This document shows, in pieces, positions 37,104 to 50,680 of a DNA stretch of 64,000 nt. How positions within the stretch are numbered: position 1 is the first letter of the stretch; each line of letters begins with the position of its first letter. The position numbers and the translations under genes are program-made. The DNA is from Callorhinchus milii. Its lineage: Eukaryota. Under the pieces are notes generated by a model. It ran no database searches, had not been told where the DNA came from, and was given only the letters and a program-made list of their open reading frames with translations. The DNA is taken from NCBI RefSeq assembly GCF_018977255.1, contig NW_024704742.1:61258001-61322000 (forward strand), read 5' to 3'.

Positions 37104-37473
37104 ACTCTATACAATGCTAAACAAATTTATATAGTGCATTTCATGTCAGGAGCATGTTTTCATTTTGAACAATATGAGATATCTAGCATCCACCTGAGCA
37201 ATCCTGACTTGGCATCCGAGCTGGGGGCGGAAAGAAAATCATTAACGGATCTTATCATATACAAATGTCTCTTTATGGACTTCACATGTGAATGAGGAAT
37301 TCATGTGGAAGTTTATAGGTCTGGACAATACCGCCTCTCTTTTTCAACAGTATGAGATATTTAATATCCACCTGAACAGGCGAATGCTACCTTAATTTAA
37401 CATCTTAACTGAAAGACAGCTCTACTGATAATGACGTGTTCTCTCAGCACAGGATAGTTTAGACTAGGAGATC

Positions 37474-37794
37474 AATAACAATAATAATCCTTGCATTTGA
37501 TATAGCACTTTTCACGTCTCCTAGACATCTCAAAGCGGTTCTCAGAATATAGTGTGAAGTGAATTGGCTGTATATTTGTGGGCAAAATGTGGCAGCCAAT
37601 TGCGCACAGCGGTGTCTCACAAACAGTCGTGGATTGAGTGACCAAATTAGTATTTTTTTTCATTTTTTTTGAGGGATTATTATCAGGCGTGTGGAGTAAG
37701 AAAACTTGCCTAAGGTTTCACCCTGCCGGGAATCGAATCCAGGTCTCTCACTTGTGAGGCGAGTGCTCTAACCACTGAGCTACAGGATTCCACA
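37474..37794 (-). mobile_element. Young tRNA-SINE, short length with long-type diagnostic bases
   Basis: Lacks the internal segment but has ggtcactcaatccacgac and a CTCACAA loop. Confidence 0.93.
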
Positions 37795-38872
37795 AGACAT
37801 TAAGGCTGCATTTAAGAATTTTCCAAATTCTGAATGCTCCCCAGAAAAATTCTTAAAGGTAGTATTAGACTGCCGCGGGTAAGAATAAATGATGCCCTCA
37901 GAGAGGTAAAATATGTGAAAAATCTCCTTCTGCATTCAATTAATGCCATTAGAGGGAGAAGGTAGATCAATATCTTCAGCGAAGGGCATCAACTGTTATA
38001 GTAATAGCAACAGCTCTATTTAATTACCACAGGGGTGTAGTAAAGCAGGACCTTGAATTTGAGATATTGATGGCGGTGGTAGGGAAGTTGAGTGGAGGGC
38101 ATCTATATGAACTGTGGAAAGAGCAGACTTGATGAACTGAATTGTCATTCTCTTGTTATATTCAATGCACGCACAATATCAACCATAACAAGGCAGCCTT
38201 TATACTGTCCTCAGCATGTGGGCAGGGAGAGCTGAGTCTTGGCTAAAATATAGTCAAAGTCAGTAATTTCAGGTGGAGTATTTGCCACATATGAAACTAA
38301 ATGATTAAAAGATATACTCCCAGTCTTGCATTATGAAGCTGACAACTATTACTGAAAATTAAGAATATTCTAGTGTTACAATAGCAATTAAATATGTCAT
38401 CCGGAGTGTCTCATTTGCAAAATGGAAGCCACTGAGCTATTTGCAACTCTTGGCCTGTTTATGCAATTGAGAGATTCAATTAAGAATTTGTGAAAAGAAT
38501 ACCAAAAGAATACCAATTCTGACTGCCAGTCAGGCTTGCAGACAGCCTTCTTGACATTGTCTGGAAGGGATTAATAAATCTATTATTATCTATTAATAAA
38601 TCCCTTCTACATTAATAATAAACCTTATGTGTGGTGTATTATCTTACACGTTGGGAGGACATGCCAGAACGCTGTGCAAGATATACTGTAAAGTGGAGTG
38701 ACTGTGTTTTGTAGGCGAATGCATTGGTATTATGGTAAAAAAAAATCCTGTATCTATTAGTTTATGTTAATTCATGGTCTTTGAGCTGATATCTTCCACC
38801 ATTGCAATCCAATATTTTCACATCCTTGAATCAACATAGTGTTTACAACCATGATCACTTTGCTCTCTTCAG

Positions 38873-38913
38873 ATGAAATAAAGAGGCCGTCTTCTTTAGC
38901 ACTCCCACGCTAA
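38873..38913 (+). CDS. Candidate terminal coding exon (xEIKRPSSLALPR*)
   Basis: Acceptor atcactttgctctcttcag; four AATAAA at 39332-39419. Confidence 0.2.
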
Positions 38914-39519
38914 CTGATGGCGTAGGCTATTTAGGTTAAAAGTGGACAACGTTAATTGAGATTTGGTTCTATTTGACATGGGCTCACCCAAAAGCATTGA
39001 TTCAATTAAGTTGTGGAATCATGTCTTTACAATGAAACTGTCAGTCTGAACCAAAGAGAAAAGGAAGATTTAATGTGAGTATCCTCTGTTCTGCATTCAT
39101 AATACACACACTTGCTTTTGTTGTGATGTATTCTCCCAACATATTCCCATCAATTTCTCCCTACTCAATTTATTGCATTTGTTAGGACAGCCACGGAGCT
39201 GCCTGCACAATTTTACCCAGGATTTATATTCAGTTTGCCGAGATTGGTAACTCAGATCCTCATATCTAACATTCATGAGGCAGCCATACAAACAAATAGT
39301 GCAGCACAGAAAATTGCTATCTGCATCAGTGAATAAATTCAGAGTTGATTTTACACTGGAGCTGAAATAAAATCTTTAATAAGTAATAAAACTCAGGGTA
39401 CATAATTTATGAAAATAAACTTCACTGCACTGTGAATTGCAATTGCAAACCCCCAGTCTACTATTTTAATGTTGCAGTGGTTTGACAGATCCAGATTCCA
39501 TGTTTCAAGATACAAGATA

Positions 39520-39863
39520 CACCTCCCTAACTCTCTGAACTTCTCACTCCCCAATCTACCACACAGCTCCTCTGCTCGACTGGCACTGGCCTCCTGCTCA
39601 TCCCTCGCACCCTGCGCCCCCACCATCGGAGTTCGCGCTTTCAACCACTACGCCCCAAAACTCTGGAACACTCTCCCTCAATCCCTCCGCCTTGCCCCCT
39701 CTCTCCCCTCTTTCAAGTCCCACCTGAAAACCTTACTCTTCGACCAAGCTTGCGCCCACATACCCTGCCCGCCCCGTTGCCTCGGAGTCAGGCTCTACCA
39801 CTGTTAAGTGCTTTGAGACAGTACCCTGTGTGGAGGGTGCTACATAAATGCAAATCATTGTTG
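39520..39863 (+). mobile_element. L2 3' end (tail type B)
   Basis: PTIGVRAFNHYAPKLWNTLPQSLR...FKSHLKT; ends ggagggtgctacataaatgcaa. Confidence 0.92.
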
Positions 39864-40824
39864 CTTTTTAAGATAGAAAAACGAAGAGGCAGATTTAGAA
39901 AGATGTAAATTGATTCATCACTCTAGTGAATCCTGTGCACATCCAGATGAGGGAGAGGCTGACCCATTGAAATACTTCTTTGACCTCAAATTCAGTTCTG
40001 ACTTCCAGATTGAGACTAAAGAAGATTCTTTGCACCTGGCAGGAAATCTGTATTGATTAATGTCAGGAGTTCCAGCAGTTGGGGACGTCTAACACTTCTA
40101 GGTATCTGCAGGATTCACTACTTACAAATTGGACTCCTATTTTAGGTAAATGCTATTAATTCATCAAAGCCACCTGACCCACTTGAAGTGATGTGCAATA
40201 CTCTTAATCCTATAAACTATCTGTGGGAAGAGAACTAAACTAATGTTCAGCAACTGATGTCCTTGTACTTATGTTGGAATTGTGGACCGTAATCATCTGG
40301 GTTTGAGGAGAAATGGTTGTTACTTGACATTTGGAGACATGTTTGTCAGGAATAAAACAGTCAGGGTGTGTTTGCTGCACTGCCCAATGTTGTCTCCTCC
40401 TTGATACCAACTGGATTTCTCATATCTCTTTCCAGCACCAGTTTGTGTTGTATTCATCAATGTTGCTGGCATATTAACATGTAATTGAAATGGTAGGATT
40501 ATTATATTAGAAGGATGAGATCAAATAGATCGAATTGCCACCTTCTTTCAAACCCAGACATTTATATTTGTTTGTAATAGCGATATATGTTACATGTTTT
40601 CATTTGTGGTTCTTCTATTTGTTTCTTTAAAACTCTGAATACCTCTTTGAATTTCATTATTTTCTTTCAAAACAGTATACGTTTACACATGACTTGTACA
40701 CCACATGCATTCTTAATCTTTTTACATGGTGGGAGCTTTTTGAATGGAGAGATCAGATGAAATGACCACAATCATTCCATCTAATCTGTAGCTGTTCTTA
40801 AACGGAGGTCGCTCTTAGTTCAAA

Positions 40825-41045
40825 ATAAAATTGGTCACTCATTTCATGGCTGTTTGTGGGACATTGCTGCGTGCAACTTAGCTAGCGCTTCATAGTATGC
40901 ACTGATATTGTTGTGTGCAACCGTGTTTGTCCACAAAACACACACATCACTTTACAATATATCCAGTAAAGAGTTTTGGGACATTCTCCTGACATAAAAG
41001 CTATTATACCTGCAAGGATTATTATTATTGTATTATTATTATTAG
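40825..41045 (+). mobile_element. SINE 3' fragment
   Basis: ggctgtttgtgggacattgctg...gcaaggattattattatt. Confidence 0.75.
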
Positions 41046-41244
41046 TAGTTTAATCAAAATAATTTATAAATAAACAACAGTGTCCCAGAAGCGTTTCACT
41101 GGCAACAGTTACTTAAATAAAGCTCTCCTGTTGACCACCCTCTTTGGTTTACTATTACTTAACTAATTTATTACTTTTTCTTTTTAGTAGGACTGCAAAT
41201 GTCCTGCCTTCTTAAAGTCAAGATATGTGCAACATATATCACAT

Positions 41245-41843
41245 CCAAAAGCCTCTGAAACCCTGGTCCATGCCTTTGTCACCTCTTGGCTGGACTATTC
41301 AAATGCCCTCCTCGCTGATCTCCCCTCCACTTCCATCCATAAAATCCAGGTCATACAAAACTCTGTCGCCCGCATTCTTACCTGCACCAAACTCCGCTCC
41401 CCGATCACCCCAGTCCTTGGCAGACTGCACTGGCTCCCTGTCCCAGAGAGGATCAACTTCAAGATCCTCACCCTTGTCTTCAAATCCCTCCACTCCTCTG
41501 CACTCCCTAACTCTCTGACCTCCTCTCTCCTCAAAACAGTGCCCGTTTCCTTCTTTCCACCAGGTCTGGCCTCCTCCTTATCCCCCGAGTCCTCTGCTCC
41601 ACCCTCGGCGGCCGTGCCTTCAGACACTACGCCTCGAGGCTCTGGAACTCCCTTCCTCACTCCCTTCGCCTCGCTCCCTCTCCTCCTATTTTTCAGGTCT
41701 CGGCTGAAGACTTTTCTTTTCGACTGCGCCTTTGGTCACATTCCTCCCCCTCTCCCTGGCTCGGTCCCGGGATCCGTTACTGTGAAGCGTTCTGAGACAC
41801 TGTCCGGCGTGGAGGGCGCTATATAAATCCAAGTTGTTGTTGT
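41245..41843 (+). mobile_element. Young L2 3' fragment (tail type B)
   Basis: ETLVHAFVTSWLDYSNALL...LHWLPVPERINFKIL; ends ggcgtggagggcgctatataaatccaag(TTG)n. Confidence 0.95.
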
Positions 41844-42221
41844 TTTTATTGCCATCATCGATTACTGCTATTACATCCTCTAATTGCAAACATTTATCAA
41901 GACTCATGCTGGCCTGGAATATTGACTTTCTTTTGTTAAGTGTATTTGAATTGCTTCCTGAAATGTACTCTAGGGGTTTTCCCAAAGCAGATATCAAGCT
42001 GTCAAGCCTATCATTACCAACAATAATACTAATTGACCTTGAACACTTTTCCATTCTGGTATTACCCATGTATTTGGTACCTCTGCAACAAATTTTAACT
42101 CTGTTTACTTCTAAACTAATTTCCTCCTTGGTATGCAGAGAGGTAAGCAGTTGCTGCCCAATGACAAATATGTGATTTTGTCAGACAATGTTTTTACTGG
42201 TAAACTATAATTTTAGTTGAT

Positions 42222-42470
42222 TAAACTCCAGCAGTAACCCGATACACACTCTGAGGTCCCTTTGACTCTTGACAGCCTGAGTCTGATAATTTCCAAAATT
42301 AGGTAAGCAGAGTATATCCATCCAGGGAGAGAGTGTGCATTCCATTCCAGACACAGGAATTTCCATGTGTTGATGGCACGCATGGAATTTCTCAGTCTGA
42401 TTACATACTCTTAAGCATGGTAATGGGTGTTGGCATGTGTCAGACAGACACCCTGCTGACCAAAAGCTCC
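42222..42470 (+). repeat. Unclassified repeat family X, copy 4
   Basis: Colinear with the copies at 12098, 18240 and 35465. Confidence 0.75.
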
Positions 42471-44061
42471 TCCTGGTCCACTATCCTACCTATTATCTTC
42501 CCCACATAACTCAAGCTTGCTGTATGCCCTCTGCACCTTCATTGGCGGCTAAACTTTCAGTACCCACTCTCTGGAAGTCCCTGTCATAATTCCTTTAAAA
42601 CAGTTAGAACTGAGGTCCGGAAACATTTTTTCACACAGAGAATTGTGAATATGTGAAAATCCCTGCCCCCAGAAAGCTATAGACAGAATCAGTGAGAATG
42701 TTTGAAGGGGAAATAGACATATTAGATGGGTACAACAACAAGAACAGATTTAGCTTTATGTGAGAGAATGGCCCAATGAAGGAGAAATATTAATGGGTAC
42801 AACAAAAGGATGAGTCATTAGGATTCAAAGAAATGCAAGACTGGTGGAAACAACTGGATTGACCTTGTCCTATTCCTTTTCAAGTTTTGCTAAAGGGATT
42901 GTTAGATTCAAATCCATGTCTATCAATTATTATGCCTAAGAGCATTGCCAGTTTATTGTCATCCTTGTTGCTTACAACTGAATATCTCTTTGAAAGTTTG
43001 AAAGTAGTATGTTTAAAACTGCACATTTATCCTCTATGTAAATTGTTCATTCACTTCCTGGCTGTTGGTGGGACATTGCTGTGTGCAAATTGGCTGCTGA
43101 ATTTGCTAACCAATATAGTCATTATAATTGATGGTACCCAATTGTAAAGCACTTGAACACATTTTGACATTATGGGTGAAATATCAAATATAAGCATTAT
43201 TTTTAAAATTGGGAGGTGTGATGTGATAATTATCACCAGTGATAAAGCTTCAGAGCTAGCTACTTGTTTGACCAGGGACAGTGGTATACCCCCTCTCCCC
43301 TTTAGCAGATATAATGGTCTTCTTATCTGAAACAGGGAGAGACCACCTGGTGTTTTTTGTTACACACCACACACCACTGTTAATACAGCATAGGCTTAAA
43401 AAAAGATTACAAGCTTCACATTCACAGTATCAATTTCACAGGGACATTTTAGTGAGCGATGAACATTCAGAACATTTTTCTCATCTGTGAATGTGGAATA
43501 TTTTATCATCTACAAATGTTTACTGCTTTGGGAGGTTGAAAATTCGGGCACCCAATGTGTAGTAAACTCTAACGATGTGTGATGATATTGGGGAAATTCT
43601 AACAGAGGCTGACATTGCCATAAGACCTTCAAAGTCATATTTACAGTGTTCTAATCATAACCATATTATTATACACAAGGTGCAGTTGAGCAGCCAGTTT
43701 CTCACAGTAAAAATGACATATAATTCTTCTGAAAACTTTCAAATCTAATATTGCATAAATCAAAACAGAAGTGCAACATTTGGAGTTAAACCTGCAAATG
43801 ACTGCCAGTTGCCGTAAACAATTTTAGATTGTAACATTTCAGAAAATTAATTTATTTGCTCTTGTCAAAAAGAACTGGGGAGTTATGGCATTGAATCATG
43901 CTGTGTCCACTCAATCCTTTCACTCTCTTGGGATGTCCTCCACAATGTGAAAGGTGCTATACAAATGTAATTTTGTTGTTGATCTCAGATCATAAGATGA
44001 CAAGATTAGTTTGGATAAAGAAGGTCATTTGGCGATTGGATCTCATACTTTCAACTGCAAA

Positions 44062-45900
44062 AACAACAACAATTTGCACTTATATAGCGTCCTCCATGCA
44101 GAGTAGCATCTCAGAGCACTTTATAGTGGCGGAACCTAACTCCGAGCCAGGGGGAGGGGGGAGGTGGCATTAAACACAGTCGAAGAGGCAAGTTTTCAGT
44201 CAGGATTTGAAAGAGGGGGTAGAGGGGAGAGGGGGGGCAAGATGGAGGGATGGAGGGAGAGTGTTCCAGAATTTTGGGGCATAATGGCTGAAAGCGCGAC
44301 CTCCAATGGTGGGGTTGTAGGGTGCGAAGGATGAGCAGGAGGCTTGTACCAGTCGAGCAGAGGAGCCGGGTGGTGGATCGGGGAGTGAGGACATCGGAGA
44401 AGTAGGGAGGTGCCAGGGAGTGAATGGATTAGAACACGAGTGTGAGGATCTTGAAGTCGATCCATTCGGTGATGGGGAGCTAGTGAAGCCTGGCCAGAAA
44501 TGGTGAAATGTGGAGTTTGGTCCGGGTCAGTATGCAGGCGGCAGAGTTTTGAATGAGCTGGATCTTTTGAATGATGGAGCTGGGGAGACTAGTGAGGAGT
44601 GTGTTTGAGTAATCCAGGCAGGAGGTGACAAACGCATGCACAAAGGTTTCGGCTGCATTTGTGGTAAGCTATGGGCAGAGGCGGGCAACGTGGTGGAGGT
44701 GGAAGAAGGTGGTCCTGGTCAGAGACCGGTAGAACCAGATGCCTAGGTTGCGCATTGGTTCGGTGATTCTGAGGGAGAGCCCAGGGAGGTTGAGGAGTTT
44801 AGATCCACAGGAGTGAAGACAGTGACAGAAGCCATGGAGTATTATCCATATTATCCATATTCAGCTGCAGGAAGTTTACACTCATCCAGACCCTGGTGTC
44901 TGCCAGACAAGCTGATAGAACATCGGTGGCCCTGGAGTTAGTACTGGAGGAGGCAAAGTAGATTTGTGTGTCATCTGCATACATGTGGAAGTTTACCCTG
45001 TGTCTGCGGATGACATCACCCAGAGGGAGCATATAGATAAGGAAAAGAAGGGGCCCAAAGACGGAGCCCTGGGATACCCCACATCTGACCGGGGAGGACG
45101 GGAGGAGAAACTATTTGCTGAGATGAAATGGAAGCGGTTGGTTAAGTAGGACCCAAACCCTACTAACGTAGATGATGGAGGAGAGCCGATGGATGAGGAT
45201 GGTGTGGTCGACTGTGTCAAACACGGCAGAGAGATCCAGGAGGAGGAGGAGGAGGCAGAGGGAGCCCTGGTCACAGATAGAGAGAATGTGGCAGAGCCAA
45301 AACCAGACTGCAGGGGCTCGAGGAGGGAGTGGAGGGAGAGATGTGACCGAAGTTGACCTGCAACAATGTGTTCGAGGACTTTGGCAAGGAAGGGTAGGTT
45401 GGAGATAGGATTATAGTGTGAGAGATTAGAGGGATTGAGGGTGGGTATTTTGAGGAGGGGTGTAATGACAGCAGTTTTCAGGGGGAGTGGAACAGAGCCT
45501 GAAGAGAGAAACTGGTTGACCATGTTGGCCAGCAGCGGGGAGAGAAGGGGGAGTTGAGTGACCAGTAACTGGGTGGGGAGGGGGTTGAGGTAGCAGGTGG
45601 AGAACTGCATCCGTGTGATTGTGGTTGCGAGGGAAGAGAGAGAAATGGGGACAAAGGAGTGTAATGAGGAGAACATAATAAGAACATAAGAAATAGGAGT
45701 GGTGGCAGGAGCCATGGTGGAGGGAGAAGACAGTGTGGATAGTCTGGGTGGGATGGAAGGGGACATGGTGGGGGAGGATGATGCAGCCAAGTGGATATTT
45801 TCAAATTTTGAGGAAAAGCAGTCTAGAACCTCTTCGCGCTTGGCATTTGACGTGAGGGTAGAAGGGGCTTGAGGGGATGCATGGAAGAGGTGATGGACGG
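44062..45900 (-). mobile_element. L2 LINE, about 1.8 kb 3' portion (RT to tail type B)
   Basis: [32 protein letters not shown] and GGRAFSHYAPKFWNTLP; tail at 44062. Confidence 0.95.
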
Positions 45901-45989
45901 TGTAAAACAGTCTTTGCATTGTTGTTTGCCTCCAAGATGACTTTGCAGTAAAAGTCAGTTTTGGCCTGTGAAAGGGAGAAGCGGTCGAG

Positions 45990-46110
45990 AAATGGTATTT
46001 TTCAATACCATTTGAAATGTTATACACCTCTATAAGATCTCCTCTGAGACATCTTCCCTCAACACTGAAGAGCCCCAGTTGGTCTAATTGTTGTTCAGAA
46101 CTTATTTCTG
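45990..46110 (-). mobile_element. CR1 fragment
   Basis: LGLFSVEGRCLRGDLIEVYNI. Confidence 0.8.
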
Positions 46111-48239
46111 TAGCATTCAGTAAAATGAATACCTCTTTGCCTGCTCTTATGGTCACTTGCCCCTCTCTCTTCTGCCTTGCGTGGAATCTAATCCCGCCAC
46201 TTGTGAAGCACTCCAAGACATCATCCTAAGTGAAGAGTGCTATATAAATGCAAGAATGGTGAAAGTGCTGGAAAGACATCTCAGTGCATAGAGTGCATCC
46301 TGTCAGGGAACTTCTTGTATGTCACATTGCCCCATGAACACTGTGTTCTGATCGGTGATCTCCTTGTCAAGATGAAGGTGACAAGATGCACTTTATATTT
46401 CAAGGAGCTTTTTGTGCACAATATCTGCTGTATTTTCCCTTTCCAACACTTTCATCACAAAGTACATGGTCACTGCACTTTACCGTAAAATAAAGAGAAC
46501 ACTTTTAAAAAATTCTCCCAACATGAAAGGTTTTTTATCAAATACTCACATGGATTTTTACTGTTTGATTACTTTTTTTAATCTGCCCTTGACACTTAAC
46601 ATTTAATATGATCCAAAATTGGAGCTAACCTCAATAGGATGACCACTGGGGTGCCTCATTTCTAAACAGAAGAACCCTAGCTAGTTTAACTGTTACTCAT
46701 AAGTCATAGTGTTCCTCCAACACTGGGGATCATCCTCATTGCTCTCCTCTGTGCTGCCTCTAGGGTCTTTTCTGCCTTTCTCGCTACATTCTCCTTAGTC
46801 GACTGATGTAATCCATTATTTTTATTATTATTATTATTATTGTTAGTATTATTATTATGATCATCACACTGGGTTTGTTAATCAGACCCCAGAATCTCCC
46901 TCTGAAAATGGCTTCTGATTTGTAACCATCTAGAGACTAACGTTCACAAACTGCAATTTCCCTGTGTCAAGTTTTTCGTACTTAAAATAATTCCTATTCT
47001 CCATTCTAGATTCCTTTGTTTCTATAATGGAATTTCAACCCAACAAGGTGCGACAGATGAAGGGCTTTAAAAAGAAAGAAAAAGTAACCAAAATATTATC
47101 CGTTTACAATATAATGCAATTTGCATTTACACAGTGCCTTTCACATCCAGAGCATTTCAAAGCCCTCGACCCTGTTGGCTGGGTTGAGCAAGTGATGGGC
47201 GCTGAAAGTGGTGAGAAAGGAAAAGCTGACCTAAAGCATGGTCACAGAGGTAGAAGCAGAGAGAAAGCAAGCCACACAATTAAGAATAATCACATGTAGC
47301 ATACATTTTCAGATTAAATAACTGTTCACTATGATGTAAGATAGCTCAACCGTAAACTTAATTTTTTAGCTTGATTGTTTATACATCATTATCAACTATG
47401 ATCCATGGCATTTTCATTTAGAATTTTGATTTGTTTTCATGTTCATTAAAAAAATAATGTATTAAATAGATTGAAATAAAAGATAATTTTTTTTAATAGG
47501 AGTCATTAACATAAATAATACTAAAGTGATGTTGAAAATATTACCCAGGAATACAATTCAGGGACAATACTAATTTACCAGTTGTCCTAAAATTACTTGA
47601 GTATTATAATAAAAATAATAATGCTTGCATTTGTTATAGCTCCTTATCACATTGTTGAGATGTCTCAAAGCACATCACAGGATATCCTGTAAGGAAATGT
47701 GACTGCTTGTATCTTGTGGGCGAATGTGGCAATTATTTTGTACATCATGAGGCCTGGACAATGGACTCATTTTTAAAAAGAGTTTGATGCTGTCCTGGAA
47801 ATATGGTAGGGTAGGAATTTTGGAAGAATGAGATCATCCTTCATCCAAACTAATCTTGTTATCTTGTGTCATGAGCAGACCATGTGATTTGAACTGTGAG
47901 CAAACAACTATAGGCCATATATTTACAATAATCAAGCTATTAACAATACTAGAGGTGAAAATAATGTTTATTTCCACTGAGTAGTGGAGTCCATTCTAAT
48001 GGTTTAACGTTTCTTTACCCAGAGGTAAAGAGGTAATCAGTGGAATAGTGGAATCCTTTTATTCCATTCATTCTAATGAATTAACATTGGAAATTTATGC
48101 AAGAAAAGATATAGTCATACTCATAGAGCACTTCCTCATCTCAGTCTGTACCTAATCCAATAACCTCCTCCCAACTAATCTCAACTGAACACTATCCACC
48201 AGTTCTTCTTTGAAGAAGCTGATCAATCCACTTAAGGAA

Positions 48240-48560
48240 AGACATTAAGGTGATAGAGGGGTTGCAGAGGAGATTTGCTGGGATCATATCAGGGTTGAGT
48301 GGTTTAGCTTATGGGTGGAACCTGGAAGAACTGGTACTTTTTCCGCTGTGACAAAGAAAGATAGAGGTCTATAAATTATAAGAGGTTTTGATGGTCAACA
48401 GGGAGAAATTATTTCCATTGTTCTGTGAGTCAGTAACTAGAGGGCATCAATTTAAGATAGTTAGTAAATGACCAAATGGGGATGTTAGGAAAATTCTTTT
48501 CATACAGAATAGTTAGCATATGGAATGCCCTGACAGGAATGGTGGTTGAAGCAGAAGTAA
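48240..48560 (+). mobile_element. Decayed CR1 C-terminal fragment
   Basis: atagaggtctataaattataagagg, actagagggcatc (TRGH) and tggaatgccctg. Confidence 0.8.
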
Positions 48561-48729
48561 AATAATGTTTCATCTCTACACTTGCTTTAAGCTTCATACT
48601 TTTAAGCATGTACCTAAAATTGTGTTCTCACAGTCCAAGTCAAATAATATACTATTATGTCTACATTACTTCTGCTGCATAACATTTCACAGACTTTGAT
48701 TATTCATACTATCATTTACTCTCTTGCAG

Positions 48730-48800
48730 ATGGCTCCGTTCTGTCAATAGGCTTTCCAGCCATTCAATCACCGCAGCAATATTTAAGAAAGGGAGATTGA
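48730..48800 (+). CDS. Candidate terminal coding exon (xGSVLSIGFPAIQSPQQYLRKGD*)
   Basis: Acceptor catttactctcttgcag; phase-1 frame open to TGA at 48798-48800. Confidence 0.2.
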
Positions 48801-48871
48801 GAATAGAAGATTACATGTTGTATCAAAACAAGAATTATTATTATTGTGGAGTTAACTTACTTGAGAGATGA

Positions 48872-49505
48872 TACAATAACAACAAAATTACATTTATAGA
48901 GCGCCTTTCACGTCGGGAGGACGAACCAAAGCGCTGAACAGTCAGGTTTCGGGGCCCAGGGATGGGGGAGGGGTGGTGTAGGGGTGAGGGAAGGCAGAGA
49001 GGTGAGAGGGAGACCAAAGGCACGGTTGAAGAGAAGGGTCCTTGAGACCGGCCTTGAAGGAGGCAAGGGAGGAAGCGAGGTGAAGCGACCATGGGATGGA
49101 GTTCCAGAGTGTGGAGACAGAGAGGTGAAAGCCGGGCTACCGATGGTAGGGCGGGTCGGGGGGGAGACATGGAGCAGGCCAGAGCCTGATGAGCGGAGGG
49201 AATGGGCAGGTTGGTAGGGAGTCAGCAGGTCAGAGAAGTAGGAGGGGGCAAGGCCATGGATGGCCTTAAAGGTGAGGACGAGGATCTTGAACTCTATCCT
49301 CTGGGAGATGGGGAGCCAGTGGAGTCGGGCGAGGGTGGGAGTGATGGGATTGCGGAGCCTGGTGCGCGAGAGTACACAAACTGCAGAGTTTTGGATGATC
49401 TGCAGCTTGTGAAGGGAAGAGTTGGGAAGGCCGATGAGGAGGGAGTTCCCGTAATCAAACCTTGAGGTGACGAATGCGTGGGTGAGGGTTTTGGCAGCCT
49501 GAGCG
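48872..49505 (-). mobile_element. Young L2 3' fragment (tail type A)
   Basis: CpG-rich, with the LHWLP region; tail tcctcccgacgtgaaaggcgctctataaatgtaattttgttg. Confidence 0.93.
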
Positions 49506-50504
49506 ATGATGTTTGGAGAACCAAACTATTTCTTCTCCTTGACAATTTTTTTTCTTATAAACTTTCTTTACAGCTTTCTCTCCCCATCCCTTGCCCTTCT
49601 GAAGACTCCATTCCCTTGCTATTTGGGTATGATTTGATAGGCACAAAAAACTATTCCATCCCTCAAGGAAGTAGGTATTATTTAAGTCTGAGATTTAACA
49701 GTAAGTACTGATTAAAAAGTTAGTCATTGGGGCATCGTAGCCAAGCCAAATCCTATCCAAACACAAACACAGAATAATTGAAGTCAGTCTTTTATATACA
49801 ATCACTATGTGCTTGTTAAATGCTTCAATGTGCTACCCATGTGAAGGGCACTATATAAATGTAAGTTGTTGTTGTTGTGATCTTGTGATTGTTGTGAAAT
49901 CAGATTAGTTAGGAGTAAATTCAGTATTTTATTGGTAACTGTATAGCAATTATACTGGTATCTTATTCAGCAACTATTCCACCCAACAATTTAGTCCTCT
50001 GTTGGGTATTTATAGTATTTTCTAGCAAGATCTAATATACAATAGTGATCTTTTGATGATTGTGTTTCACCACATGATAGGCCATGTCATAATCATAATA
50101 AATATGTCTTCATTTACTCATCATCATGGGGAATTAATTCTATGCAACTGCAACAGAAATACGTAACAAGCACCCAGAATTACTGAAGCCTAATTGAAGG
50201 GATCAAGGGACAGCGAACAGCGTCATAAATATTTAACAAGTGTGTCACTTCACCAATAACTGTGCTACTAATGCTATATTTCCCATGTGCTGACTTAATC
50301 TCAAATCATTTATTTCCTTTGTGGGAGAGGTGATCTTTCAAGTTCTGATCATTGGTTGTAAATGTTTTTTTTGTCTGATACCACATGCTCATATAGATAC
50401 CTGCTATAAGTGCTGTATATTGTTTACCTTTCATCTCAAAATCCTATTCTAATTTGAGATCTAATATTGTTCGTTAAATAAAAGAGTGTAAAATTATTCA
50501 TAGC

Positions 50505-50680
50505 CATTTTACTGCAAAGTGTAGTAACTGTATATTTGGCAGCCAATTTTGTGCACAGCAATGTCCCACAAACAACCATGAAACAAATGACCAATTCTAT
50601 TTGTCAGCCTAGACTATCTGACAACATGGGGCTTGAACCAACAACCTTCTGACTCAGAGATGAGAGTGGTGCCACACAAT
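50505..50680 (-). mobile_element. Old SINE (head plus Deu piece, internally deleted)
   Basis: ggggcttgaaccaacaaccttctgactcagag and gcacagcaatgtcccacaaaca. Confidence 0.8.

Noticed and set aside
38564..38607. Imperfect AT-rich hairpin GAAGGGATT...AATCCCTTC
   Set aside because: It is short and low-complexity, next to a SINE tail.
39877..40056. 59-codon protein-like open frame (KNEEADLERC...LAGNLY*)
   Set aside because: No start codon, a weak acceptor overlapping an L2 tail, and no recognisable motif; this length is expected by chance.
42138..42141. 4-nt microexon (tgcag|AGAG|gtaagc)
   Set aside because: Splice-like signals are present, but it would shift the frame and has no other support.
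44993..46216. Longest ORF (407 aa) as a gene
   Set aside because: It is a chance read-through of a CR1 fragment, spacer and a frameshifted L2, so it is not a coherent protein.
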